From a virus, in IMG/VR virus record IMGVR_UViG_3300005538_000001: 64,000 nucleotides of DNA. One strand, given 5' to 3'. The position numbers and the translations under genes are program-made. The notes beneath the pieces were generated by a model that had not been told where the DNA came from, made no database searches, and was given only the letters and a program-made list of their open reading frames with translations. Position 1 is the first letter of the stretch; each line of letters opens with the position of its first letter. Below are positions 42,047-51,396 of this stretch, one piece after another.

Positions 42047-45000
42047 GGCGGCGAGTTGTTGTCCCCGACGCTGATCTCTGGATCAAACGCCAGGATCGTC
42101 ATCGGCAGCGGATAGTCCTGTTGCGCCGCCGCCATCCCGGGCGCCGCACTCCATCCGACCAAATTCCAGTCCCCGTCGATCGGAATACGCCGGTCTCCCG
42201 TAAACAACGGGATATAGGAGCCCGATCCGATCTGGTTCTGGATCTCCGGGATTTCGTTCATCTTGCCATAGGGGTAAGAGCCCCATGGGGCAGGCGCGTA
42301 GTTCTCCATCTGGGAGGCATTTGGCTGGTCCGAGCCGAGCTTGACGCCGCGGGATTTTTCAAGACGCACCGTCACCGCCGAGATTTTCTTGCGCTTGCCC
42401 TGGATGGTCGGCTGTCCGGGGATTTCTGCGGGGAGGCTCTGCACTTGCGCCTGGAAACCAAGGCCCACCGTCACCGCGGTCGCGGGAAACGGCAGCGTGA
42501 TCGCGCCGTTGACGACCGTGGTAGGTGGGATCACCGCGCCGTCCGCGAGGCCAGTTACCTGCATTCCCTCAAGATGGTTCAATCCTGAAACCGAACTCAC
42601 GGCTTGGCTGTACGTCCAGTCCCCTGGCCCGGCCTGAAGCGGCGTATTCGTCGGATCGTCCGGCGTGACCGCCGTAATCGGGATGAGCATGTCAGCGAGC
42701 AATTGCGTGGAGGAGATGACCGAGGTGACTTGCGCCTTGCCGCCACCCATGCGGACGATCTGACCGGGAACGGCTCCGATGAACACTGGCTGGTCGGCCG
42801 TGAACATCACCTGATCGACGATCACCGGGTTGGCGACGGCTTCGCTCCCGGTTCCGAGCGGATCGACGAATTGCCCGGTGGGGTTGGTGTAGCCGGAGCC
42901 AGGATTGACCGGCACGACCTGGGTAATCGCTCCGCTGGAGATCGTAAGAGCAAATGTCGCACCGCCTCCGGTCGGGTCCGTCACCACGTACTGCGTCCCA
43001 GCGGAATAATTCTGTCCGCCGTTAATGAGGACCGGCGTTCCCATCACCGGATCGCCCGTCGCGGAGCTTGCCGAGAGCGTGGCGCTGGGCGTGGACAGCA
43101 GCAGGGAGAGGCCTGCATCGACGCACCAGGCGTCCTCCACGTTATCCCAGATGCGGTTGTCCATGCGCTCGACGTAGTAGGCGTAACGGCCCTTGCCCTG
43201 GATAAAGCGGCGCACAACCATGTAGACCGCATCGACCGGCGGCTCGGAGGCTGTTGCGATCGATATCACCTCTCCGTTGGTATCATGCCGCGCCCAGCCG
43301 ATGACCTCCTGGTCCTTGAGGTACGTCAGCGATAGCAGGATCCCGTCGTCGCGCACCGCCCAGATGATCTTGTAGGGTTCGCGCGCCCATGCCCATTGCA
43401 GGATTTGCCGGCCGTCGAAAAGGTGATTGGAGAGAACGGAGAGGTCATCTCCCGCATAGGTGTTGGTGAAATAGTTATAGTTGAGCGCCCGGACATAGGA
43501 GCCGAGCGCCTGGACGAACAGCAGTTGATAGTTGATCTTGATCGGCGGGACGGTTGGAGCGAAGCCGTTGGTCTCCTGCGGCACGGCATTCTGCGATGAC
43601 GGCGTGACCGCGGTGGCGGGGCCGGAGGAGCCCTCCAGAATCCATGCGTCAAGCCCCGTTCCAATGAGCAGGCCGGCGGGCATCGGCACCGCCCATTGGA
43701 TGCCGTTGACCTGTTGCGCCCACGGTGTTCCCGTCACCGCGTCGGAATCGAGCGGCGGGTCCGCCGCGTCCATGTTGGCGTAGGCCCCTGTCTGGGAAAG
43801 CCAGTAGGTGTCCGGGTCATTGAGCGAGTCCGCATAGCCCCGGCGTTGCTGAAAATAAAAGACGACGCCTGGGTAGTTACCTGATTGCGGGCCGACGTCG
43901 AGGGTCGCAGTCACGCTGTTATGGCTGCTCGAATCGGTGAAAGTGACCGTATCGGCGGCAGTGTAGCTCTGTCCCGAATTGACGACGATGGCGGCGGCCA
44001 CCAGCGAGTTGACCACGACTGGAAGGATGACCGCGCCGGATCCTGTGGATGTGGTGATGCTCGCGGTTGTGGTCGACTGTGTGAACGTGCCGGTTTGCGG
44101 GATGGCGCCGACGCTCAATATCTGGCCCGGGGCAAACGGATCGAGATGCAACGGCGGGGTCTGGGTGGAGTCGGCAACGATATTGTCGTCGGAAAACTGG
44201 GTACCGTAGGATGAGCCGATATACCCGAATGACGATCCGATCGGCACGCTCTGCGGCGTGGCGGTTCCAGAGGAACCGGTGTTCCAGACTGCGGCCGGCG
44301 CCCTGTAGATGTTGTAGCTCGCTGCTCCCTGCACCGCAGGCCATGTAACGTTGACCGATCCGGCGGTGATCGAGATGTCGACCGAGGCCGCGCTCGAAGA
44401 GCTGTTCGGGGTGTAGCCGATCGGAGAAGCAATCGATTCCTGGCCGGTCTGCCCGTCAATCGCCGTGACGCAGTAGGCGTACTGGGCAGCCGGCGCGTTG
44501 TTGGCGCTCGACAGGCTCGAGACAAGGGTAGTCGGTGTCGCCGTGCAGGAGGCCGGAGGGTTGATCGAGGCGGAATAGCTTTCCGCCACCAGCGACCAGT
44601 TGTTTGCCGCGAGACGGTCCAGATCCTGCGGCACGTACTCGTTGCCGGATATCGGATTGGACAGCGTGAGCGTCATCACGTCGGCGGATTGCGTGAACTT
44701 GAGATAGTCGAGATCGTCATCCGCCCACGGGGTTGCGATCGTATAGATGCGGGCGGCCGTTCCTGCACCTGTATAGGCCGTGAAAGGAAGGGAATTAACC
44801 GGGTTGCCAAAGGTGTCAGTGAGCGAGAACGAATTGCCCGACACGTTCTGTACAACAAATGTCTGGCCGTCGAGTTGCGTCATCCCCTGCACGCCGGAGA
44901 TCGCCACCCAATCTCCGTTGGCGTAATTGTGGCCCGGCACCGTCAGCACGCAAGGGTTTGCCCGGGTGGCTCCAGAAAGTGCGATCGGCGTGTCCGTGAT

Positions 45001-45297
45001 GTAGGACCCATTGGCGATGAATCGGGCGTAAAAGTTGCCGAGCTCGATGATGTAGCCCTGATCGGTCTTGAACTGGAACGCGATCAGCCGCGGCGGCGCC
45101 ACGCCGGGAAAGGCTGGCTGGAATGCCTGCCCGCAGAATTTCGTTCCGGGTCGACTGTACGCGCCGCCGCGGATGCCGACGAACATGTTGCGGAGCGTCG
45201 AGCAGCCAATTTTAAACTTCGATAGTTCCGTCTGTCCCCACAGCGCCGGGGATAGTTCGCCCGCGGCGAACGACGTCTTGCCGAAGGTGATCGACAT
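42043..45297 (-). CDS. large tail protein (nozzle / tail tubular B-like), putative
   Basis: 1084 aa. N-terminal FAAGELSPALWGQTELSKFKIGCSTLRNMFVGIRGGAYSRPGTKF. Lies between an adaptor-like gene and the ejection-protein genes, as in podoviruses. Confidence 0.4.
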   Translation of the reverse strand: MSITFGKTSFAAGELSPALWGQTELSKFKIGCSTLRNMFVGIRGGAYSRPGTKFCGQAFQPAFPGVAPPRLIAFQFKTDQGYIIELGNFYARFIANGSYITDTPIALSGATRANPCVLTVPGHNYANGDWVAISGVQGMTQLDGQTFVVQNVSGNSFSLTDTFGNPVNSLPFTAYTGAGTAARIYTIATPWADDDLDYLKFTQSADVMTLTLSNPISGNEYVPQDLDRLAANNWSLVAESYSASINPPASCTATPTTLVSSLSSANNAPAAQYAYCVTAIDGQTGQESIASPIGYTPNSSSSAASVDISITAGSVNVTWPAVQGAASYNIYRAPAAVWNTGSSGTATPQSVPIGSSFGYIGSSYGTQFSDDNIVADSTQTPPLHLDPFAPGQILSVGAIPQTGTFTQSTTTASITTSTGSGAVILPVVVNSLVAAAIVVNSGQSYTAADTVTFTDSSSHNSVTATLDVGPQSGNYPGVVFYFQQRRGYADSLNDPDTYWLSQTGAYANMDAADPPLDSDAVTGTPWAQQVNGIQWAVPMPAGLLIGTGLDAWILEGSSGPATAVTPSSQNAVPQETNGFAPTVPPIKINYQLLFVQALGSYVRALNYNYFTNTYAGDDLSVLSNHLFDGRQILQWAWAREPYKIIWAVRDDGILLSLTYLKDQEVIGWARHDTNGEVISIATASEPPVDAVYMVVRRFIQGKGRYAYYVERMDNRIWDNVEDAWCVDAGLSLLLSTPSATLSASSATGDPVMGTPVLINGGQNYSAGTQYVVTDPTGGGATFALTISSGAITQVVPVNPGSGYTNPTGQFVDPLGTGSEAVANPVIVDQVMFTADQPVFIGAVPGQIVRMGGGKAQVTSVISSTQLLADMLIPITAVTPDDPTNTPLQAGPGDWTYSQAVSSVSGLNHLEGMQVTGLADGAVIPPTTVVNGAITLPFPATAVTVGLGFQAQVQSLPAEIPGQPTIQGKRKKISAVTVRLEKSRGVKLGSDQPNASQMENYAPAPWGSYPYGKMNEIPEIQNQIGSGSYIPLFTGDRRIPIDGDWNLVGWSAAPGMAAAQQDYPLPMTILAFDPEISVGDNNSPP

Positions 45298-45383
45298 GGG
45301 CTTGGAGAAATGCTCCGATCATCTCACGCCGTGGAACCCGACAACACCGATGCCTGCCATGCCGATCATGAATGTTTCCTTTC

Positions 45384-46223
45384 CTAGTAGGAAATCCCGT
45401 CAGGAAAACCGAACGCGTCATATGGCGCGATGTAGAGCCCATGCGGGCGCAGGCGCCCGCCGTATCGTGCGGTAATCCACGTAGCCTCGTGGTCCGAAGT
45501 GGTCGGTCCCTCGTTGCCGTCTGAAATCCGCGCGGCGTCGAGCATCACCTTGGCGATCCCCATCGCCTGCTGCATCATCGCCGACGAGCAGTTGAGCGGA
45601 TTGACTAGCCACGCCGCGAGGGCCGATTTTGCGCCCATCAGGAACTGCGAATCCCATAGCCCGATGTTCTGCAGCCGCTTGGTATAGACGAGGGCCGGAG
45701 GCCCGGCGAGAAACGTGCCGATGTTGGTGAGCAGCACCTGGATCTCGTTGCCGCTCTGATCAAGGTCCGCAGCCACAACAAATGGGATGGCACAATTGCC
45801 GACGGAGGCAGGAAGGAACGTCGTGGTGCCGGTCGTGAGCGGCGGGTTGAGGGCCTGCTGAGTGATCTGCGGGACGAGGAAGCGCGCCTTGAGGCAGTCG
45901 GAGGGAAGCTCGTACTCGTAGAGCCATCGGATAGGCGGGACGGGGAGTGTCGAGCCGTTGACGTTCTCAGGCGTGCCGGCAGCGGCCTTGAGCAAGGTCA
46001 GCGGAGCCGGTGGCTGGCCCGCCTTGGTGCCCGTCGTAAAGCGCAGGCAGTTCCAATGAGCCGCGCGCGCGAAGGCGTCCACGGTCGGCTGGTAGAGCAG
46101 CGAGCAGGCATCCCCTGCGGCCGTCCCATCCGAGGGATTGATCGATGTCACCTGTGCGCGGGAGCCGATCTGAGAAAGAGCAAGGTTGCACAGCGTGACC
46201 GGATCGGGGACAGCGGATGTCAT
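45384..46223 (-). CDS. tail adaptor / tail tubular A-like protein, putative
   Basis: 279 aa. LCNLALSQIGSRAQVTSINPSDGTAAGDACSLLYQPTVDAFARAAHWNC resembles the N-termini of podoviral gp11-type proteins, from memory only. Confidence 0.4.
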   Translation of the reverse strand: MTSAVPDPVTLCNLALSQIGSRAQVTSINPSDGTAAGDACSLLYQPTVDAFARAAHWNCLRFTTGTKAGQPPAPLTLLKAAAGTPENVNGSTLPVPPIRWLYEYELPSDCLKARFLVPQITQQALNPPLTTGTTTFLPASVGNCAIPFVVAADLDQSGNEIQVLLTNIGTFLAGPPALVYTKRLQNIGLWDSQFLMGAKSALAAWLVNPLNCSSAMMQQAMGIAKVMLDAARISDGNEGPTTSDHEATWITARYGGRLRPHGLYIAPYDAFGFPDGISY

Positions 46224-46257
46224 TGCGGGTCATGTCTTCTCGTCGGCACCCACGTCC

Positions 46258-46704
46258 TCAGAACTGGGAATAGTAGAGAATGGTGGGAGCAGGACCCGTC
46301 CCGCCGATCACGACGCAGAGATTGTTCCCGTTCGGGACCGCGGGAATGCCGTCGTAGTAGAAGTGCGGCTCGATGAAGATGCCGTTGGCGGCAAGGCTGA
46401 ACGCGGGGGTGATGGTCGTGGTGCCGCTGCCGCAGGTCGCGCCGGTTCCGTATTCAAGCTGCCACGTCGCCGCAGCGGTTGCCACGACGTCCCACCCACA
46501 GACATAGATCTGCGCGATCGATCCGGATGACGCAACAAGCTGGATCGTGCCTGCTGTCCCGGCGGTCTGGGCTGCGTGCGTGCAGGCGTAGGTTTGGCTC
46601 TGGTAGACCGGATCGGCGCGCGCCAGTCCGAGGAGGCAGGCGATCCATATCCCGGCCAGGAACGTTCCGGCGATGACGCCGCGCAGGGCAGTCCTGTCAT
46701 CCAT
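46258..46704 (-). CDS. secreted hypothetical protein
   Basis: 148 aa. Signal-like RGVIAGTFLAGIWIACLLGLARA|DP. Confidence 0.5.
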   Translation of the reverse strand: MDDRTALRGVIAGTFLAGIWIACLLGLARADPVYQSQTYACTHAAQTAGTAGTIQLVASSGSIAQIYVCGWDVVATAAATWQLEYGTGATCGSGTTTITPAFSLAANGIFIEPHFYYDGIPAVPNGNNLCVVIGGTGPAPTILYYSQF

Positions 46705-47056
46705 AGCGCCGCTCCGCGCGTTCTTCCGAGGTCATCCGGTTCTCTTCGTCCTCGTCCTCACCAGCAATATCGGTGATCTGGAGTTCGACGCGGCGGCGCT
46801 TGGACATCTGGCCGTCCGTGCTCGTCTCCTCGTGTTGCGAAACGGATGTGACCTTAGCGAAGCAACAGAGATGGATCGTGTCCCCCACCTCTGGCAACTC
46901 GTCCATGTCGAGCTTGTCCAGTTCCTTGTCCGTGAGCGATAGGGCGAGACCGTAGGGGTAGACCGGCCCGAGTTCCGTTCCGGTCGGCGCGGGCAACTCT
47001 TTCTTGATGTCGTCCGGCCCGCGCGCCATCGACACCATGCTCTGAAAGTGGGCCAT
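46697..47056 (-). CDS. hypothetical acidic protein
   Basis: 119-aa ORF with coupled overlaps at both ends. Confidence 0.5.
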   Translation of the reverse strand: MAHFQSMVSMARGPDDIKKELPAPTGTELGPVYPYGLALSLTDKELDKLDMDELPEVGDTIHLCCFAKVTSVSQHEETSTDGQMSKRRRVELQITDIAGEDEDEENRMTSEERAERRYG

Positions 47057-47466
47057 CAGACTTCGGCCCCCGCCTTGCCTTCGCTCTTCGCGGTGCCAAG
47101 TTCCTTGGGAGATCCGGCGGTCGCATCCACCTTCCCGGCTGCGGCGCTTTCCATGTGATCCGCCATTTCCTTGTGGTGGCGGGCCATCATGTCCCTCGCC
47201 TCCTTGGTATGGCGTTCCGATACGCTGACATGCTCATCGGAATGGCGTTTGGTCATGTCGGCGTGCTCGCGCTTGTGGCGGTCGGCGACCACACCCCAGG
47301 TGGAATCCCGCCCTGCACTCGGGCCTGGATCCTCGCCAACCTTGCCGGCCTTGTCCGGGTTGTCGGCGTGCGGAGCGTCCTTGCCGCCCGCCGTCTTCTC
47401 TGCGATCTTCTTGGCCGCCTCGGTACCCTTGGGCGAATCCTTGTAGCGCTGCGAGCGATCAACCAT
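47056..47466 (-). CDS. His/Lys/Glu-rich, probably disordered protein
   Basis: Trimmed to ATG 47466 because a strong SD (GGAGG) lies 5 nt upstream and it follows the upstream stop. HKREHADMTKRHSDEH...ERHTKEARDMMARHHKEMADHME. Confidence 0.5.
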   Translation of the reverse strand: MVDRSQRYKDSPKGTEAAKKIAEKTAGGKDAPHADNPDKAGKVGEDPGPSAGRDSTWGVVADRHKREHADMTKRHSDEHVSVSERHTKEARDMMARHHKEMADHMESAAAGKVDATAGSPKELGTAKSEGKAGAEV

Positions 47467-47467
47467 T

Positions 47468-47689
47468 TCAGCCTCCGTAGCGGCCTTTCTTGCGCTCATC
47501 GCGCGATTTCGACTTGTGCATGCCCATCAGCGTTTGGGCGAGACGAGCCTGCTTGCCGAGCGTGCCGGAATCGCCCGCGTGCTCCGCCGCAAACTCGCGG
47601 GTCGATTTGCCGGCGGCCTCGGCCTTCGCTTTGAAGGCGCCTTTATGTTCTGGTTTAATGGCACTCTTGATCCATTTGGATTTCGGCAT
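47468..47689 (-). CDS. small basic hypothetical protein
   Basis: 73 aa, MPKSKWIKSAIKPEHKGAFKAKAEAAGKSTREFAAEH... Its ATG shares CATG with the divergent HNH gene start. Confidence 0.5.
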   Translation of the reverse strand: MPKSKWIKSAIKPEHKGAFKAKAEAAGKSTREFAAEHAGDSGTLGKQARLAQTLMGMHKSKSRDERKKGRYGG

Positions 47690-48350
47690 GGCACGTCTCC
47701 AACGTAAACTCTCATCCGAGCGCGGCTCTGTTGAATTGACCTGCTCGGTCTGTGGAACACAGTTCTGGCGACCAAAAGCTCACGTGCGGGGCGTAACCAC
47801 TTCGTGTTCGCGTCGTTGCGCTCTGGTAGCAAAACCTAAAACCCCTCCGACACTGGTCTCTGCAGTGTGCAAGGAGTGCGGCGCGGCCTTCCAGCGGGCA
47901 AAGCATAGGGCGGGAAAGATGCAGTATTGCTCACCAGCCTGCCGCCGCAAGGGTGCCATGCCAAAGGGGTCAAGCCATCCCAATTGGAAAGGAGGTATCG
48001 CCGAACGCGCTCATGCCACCCGACGTCTCATTAAAGAACAGGTAAGGAAAATCGGCGCATGTCAACGTTGTGGTGGTGCCGATCAACTACAAGGACACCA
48101 CATCAGGCAACACGCGCACTATCCTGAACTAAGAACAACTGCAGAGAACATCGAAGTATTGTGCGCTGGGTGCCACGCGGACGAGCACCCAACAATAGAG
48201 AGATTTATCCGTATTCCACGACAGCGATTTGGAATTACCATCGCTTGTGTAAAGTGTGGGACGCAGCGATACGTCCGACCTTCTCTTGTTTCTACCGCAA
48301 AATTCTGCAGTTCCAAGTGCAGAGGGAAGGGACGCGGCTGCAAGCGGTAG
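47688..48350 (+). CDS. free-standing HNH endonuclease with three zinc-ribbon-like repeats
   Basis: Trimmed to ATG 47688. CQRCGGADQLQGHHIRQH...NIEVLCAGCHADEHP is the HNH motif. Three C-x2-C...C-x3-C repeats. GC is lower, and the gene is antisense to the late operon. Confidence 0.8.
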   Translation: MARLQRKLSSERGSVELTCSVCGTQFWRPKAHVRGVTTSCSRRCALVAKPKTPPTLVSAVCKECGAAFQRAKHRAGKMQYCSPACRRKGAMPKGSSHPNWKGGIAERAHATRRLIKEQVRKIGACQRCGGADQLQGHHIRQHAHYPELRTTAENIEVLCAGCHADEHPTIERFIRIPRQRFGITIACVKCGTQRYVRPSLVSTAKFCSSKCRGKGRGCKR

Positions 48351-48352
48351 AA

Positions 48353-48658
48353 TCATCCGGGCCGAATGATGCCGGACTTGGCGGCGTTCATGATGATGTT
48401 CTTGAGCTGATCCTGGAACAGGCTGGCGCCTAGGAACATCTCGCCGATCTGCATGCCGAAGCCTGGCCACTTGATCTCACCGCGGGGAGAGACGGTGATC
48501 GCGGCAAATGAAGAGATACGCCCCACCTTGACCTCGGCCAACAATTCCTCGGCCTTGCGGATCATGTCGGGCGGCACCAGCGGAGGCTGCGGATGGGGTA
48601 CGGCGGTCGAGTCCTTCAGGGCTTCCTTGACGTCAGACATTGGGGTTGCTCCTCTCAC
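48353..48658 (-). CDS. hypothetical protein
   Basis: 101-aa ORF, coupled to its upstream neighbour. Confidence 0.45.
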   Translation of the reverse strand: MRGATPMSDVKEALKDSTAVPHPQPPLVPPDMIRKAEELLAEVKVGRISSFAAITVSPRGEIKWPGFGMQIGEMFLGASLFQDQLKNIIMNAAKSGIIRPG

Positions 48659-48999
48659 ATGAACCTTGGCGCCGGGATGTGATCGGGACGCATGCGCGCG
48701 TCCGCCGGTCGCGGCCGTTTGGCAAGCTCGTGGGCGATATTCATCAGCGCCACCATCATGAGCTTGTCGTCGGCAAACCCGGTGAACTCGATCCAGCCCT
48801 TGAAACCAGGGATCATGCCGTCGAGTGCGACAACGACCGGCGCGCAGATGGCATGGGCGGCTTCGAGGTTGTCGCCGAAATACCGGACGGTTTCCTCGCA
48901 GCCCCCACCGCGCGGCTTGCCGTCCTGCACCGCGTCATACATTACGGACTCGATGCGCGGCCCCATCGCACTTGCAACGGTCATCAGATCGCGGATCAT
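48655..48999 (-). CDS. hypothetical protein
   Basis: Trimmed to ATG 48999 (MIRDLMTVASAMGPRIESV...). ATGA overlap with the glycosyltransferase stop. Confidence 0.45.
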   Translation of the reverse strand: MIRDLMTVASAMGPRIESVMYDAVQDGKPRGGGCEETVRYFGDNLEAAHAICAPVVVALDGMIPGFKGWIEFTGFADDKLMMVALMNIAHELAKRPRPADARMRPDHIPAPRFM

Positions 49000-49631
49000 G
49001 CGGCGATCCCCTGGCTCCCTGCCATCTCGCCGGGAAGCTCGATCTTGACCACGGTCTCGCAGATGTGCCCGATCTGGTAGGAGAGATCGAGATCCGCCCA
49101 GGCTTCCACCCCGCTCGCCATCAGGTTGCGGCAGAACATGATGTCCTCGGACACGTAGCCCTCGGGATTGTCCGGGGTGGGCTGCTCGACACCATACTGA
49201 TAATAGAACCACGGGAACGGAACGCGCTTGAACACGTTCGGGCGCAGCAAAACGAGGCCCATCCCGAACTGCTTTGCACGCTGCATTCCGCGCGGCGGAG
49301 CCCCGCGATCGACCAGCAGCCCGATGACCGTATGGGGATATTTGCGGGCCGGGTAGAACGTGGCCACCACGTCCCTGTCATGAGCCATCAGACGCAGCAG
49401 CGCGTCAGGCGGGAAGGTATGGTCGCTGTCTGCGCACAGGATCCAATCGGGATCCATTGCCATCGCCTTGCGGATAAGATCGTTGCGGGCGTTGGCGACG
49501 GGACAGTGGTCCGTCGTCAGCAGCGCCGCCATGTGGCCCTGCCCCCGAGCGGTCAGGAGCATGGCCGTGAGCGATGCCATCGCGTAAGGGTGGATGCCGG
49601 CCTTGACCGGTATGCAGACAGCGACCTTCAT
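48996..49631 (-). CDS. GT-A-fold (family-2-like) glycosyltransferase
   Basis: 211 aa. MKVAVCIPVK...ARNDLIRKAM...WILCADSDHTFPPDAL (DxD-type) ...FGMGLVLLRPNVF...SEDIMFC. Confidence 0.6.
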   Translation of the reverse strand: MKVAVCIPVKAGIHPYAMASLTAMLLTARGQGHMAALLTTDHCPVANARNDLIRKAMAMDPDWILCADSDHTFPPDALLRLMAHDRDVVATFYPARKYPHTVIGLLVDRGAPPRGMQRAKQFGMGLVLLRPNVFKRVPFPWFYYQYGVEQPTPDNPEGYVSEDIMFCRNLMASGVEAWADLDLSYQIGHICETVVKIELPGEMAGSQGIAA

Positions 49632-49652
49632 TGTCTGGTTATCTCTCCGTCG

Positions 49653-50258
49653 TCAGACGGGCCATTCCGCCCAGAACCAGCACGGAATGGCGACCGCCGT
49701 CTGCACCGGATTCGACACGAGATTGATCATGCCGCCGGGCGCGACGACCAGCTCGCCGTCGAAGCGGTAGTTGGGCATCGCCGAGCCGCCGGTCGTGGTC
49801 TGGACCTGCTGCAGCGGGATGTGGGTCGTGACTGCGGTGATGGTTGCGGCGGTCGCGACCTTGCCCTGCGCGGTGCCGCCCGCGCCGACCGGCACGGAAA
49901 TCGGGGTAAGCAGGGTCGGCGAGGTCGGGGTCTGGGTCGCGACCGAAGCCAGCAGCGACCCGACGGTGCCGGCCGCTAGCGAGGCGACGTTGAGCGAGAT
50001 CATCTCCAGGTTGACGCCGCTGCCGACCGGGTTCCAGATGATGTAGGTTGCGGCGGTCGTCGTGTTGACCGGAATGGTTACGCCCGCGATCAGCGTCGGC
50101 GCGCAGAACACGCGGCCGCGGTAGGCGGCGGTGTACCACTTGCCGTGCAGTTCGGCGACGATGCCTTCCGCGGACTTGCCGCCGAGCATGGTGGCCGCGA
50201 TGCCGTCCGCGTTCGAAGTCGTGGACGGGGCGCCGACAGCAATCTGAATGGTGGACAT
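49653..50258 (-). CDS. beta-rich structural protein, hypothetical
   Basis: 201-aa ORF preceded by a conserved 22-nt intergenic motif. Confidence 0.5.
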   Translation of the reverse strand: MSTIQIAVGAPSTTSNADGIAATMLGGKSAEGIVAELHGKWYTAAYRGRVFCAPTLIAGVTIPVNTTTAATYIIWNPVGSGVNLEMISLNVASLAAGTVGSLLASVATQTPTSPTLLTPISVPVGAGGTAQGKVATAATITAVTTHIPLQQVQTTTGGSAMPNYRFDGELVVAPGGMINLVSNPVQTAVAIPCWFWAEWPV

Positions 50259-50359
50259 TGCGAGTTTCCCTCTATGGGATGGGCGGCGTCGTCACGACGC
50301 GGCCGTGTTGACGGGATACGCTTACTTGGTACGCATACTGGAACGCTGGGAAATCCAGC

Positions 50360-50701
50360 TCACAGGAAGCCGGTGGTCGGGTTGATGTCGAACATTTCCG
50401 ACGCCCGGATCTGCTGCACGTCGATGTTGTTTGGCGGAGCCGGAGAGTTGAGCGACATCAGCAACAGTTGGGTGATCACCCGCAGCTCGATGAGGATGGC
50501 GGCAAGGCCCGGCGTGTTGGTCCCCGCCGGCTGGGTCGAGGGGTCGATGGAAAACTGCGAGACGGCCCCGGCCGGATTGAGGACGGGGTAGAGCACCACC
50601 ATGTCATCGATGGTGTTGACGAGGGCGGCAACGGCACCTCCTGCGGTGGTCTGGACGCCCGCGACGCCGTAACCGGCGGTCGTCTGATATGGCCCTGCCA
50701 T
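50360..50701 (-). CDS. hypothetical structural protein
   Basis: 113-aa ORF in the late operon. Confidence 0.45.
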   Translation of the reverse strand: MAGPYQTTAGYGVAGVQTTAGGAVAALVNTIDDMVVLYPVLNPAGAVSQFSIDPSTQPAGTNTPGLAAILIELRVITQLLLMSLNSPAPPNNIDVQQIRASEMFDINPTTGFL

Positions 50702-50704
50702 TTG

Positions 50705-50887
50705 TCACATTCCTTTCTGCTTGTAGCGCCCGCTCATGCGCTGCTGGTCAGATTTGCTCGCGGGGAGCTTCCCGCCAGGATCCGCATCATTGAACTCTTT
50801 GGACACAGACTTGGGCACACCGCTTTCCTTGGGGTTCGCGGCGGCATAGCGCATGAAGCGCCGCTGCTTTTCTGATACGGGCGGCAT
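50705..50887 (-). CDS. small conserved phage protein
   Basis: Only the last 60 codons of supplied ORF 50705..51562 look real (MPPVSEKQRRFMRYAAANPKESGVPKSVSKEFN...). TGATG overlap with the upstream stop. Confidence 0.5.
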   Translation of the reverse strand: MPPVSEKQRRFMRYAAANPKESGVPKSVSKEFNDADPGGKLPASKSDQQRMSGRYKQKGM

Positions 50888-51396
50888 CACATGAACCTGT
50901 ACCAGGCGGTATTGGCGAGGCTGTAGACCCATGCCTGGGCCGCCGAGTTCGCAGTGAGCGATGTCTGCGGCTGATTGATCGTCGCCCCGTTCGACGTCGA
51001 CATGGTGAGCGTCGTGACGTTCTGGGTGGAGAAGATCGTCACCGTCTTGCCGTCGGTCGCGGTCGGCGGCAGCACCACGGTCAATGTGGAAAGGCCGCCG
51101 GCCGGATTGAGGATGAGCGCCGACTGAAGCGTCGTCATGGTGACGGTGCCCCCGGTCGTCGGCACCGATATCAGGTAGTCCCGGCCGTCGCGCAGGCTCG
51201 CAACCGTCGTGTAGGCGATCGCCGCCGTCGTGTTGGTCGGGGACTGCGCCTGGATCAGCTCGCTGCCGAGCAACGTTGTGAGAACGTTGACCGTGCTGTT
51301 CTGGGCGCGGACGAGCGTGAGCGCGGCAAGGGTAATGCACGCCCCGACAGCGATCACGCACGCGGCGTTGAGGATGGCGGCGACGGTGCGTTTCAT
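50887..51396 (-). CDS. Thr-rich protein with signal peptide/anchor
   Basis: 169 aa. MKRTVAAILNAACVIAVGACITLAALTLVRA|QN. Confidence 0.5.
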   Translation of the reverse strand: MKRTVAAILNAACVIAVGACITLAALTLVRAQNSTVNVLTTLLGSELIQAQSPTNTTAAIAYTTVASLRDGRDYLISVPTTGGTVTMTTLQSALILNPAGGLSTLTVVLPPTATDGKTVTIFSTQNVTTLTMSTSNGATINQPQTSLTANSAAQAWVYSLANTAWYRFM

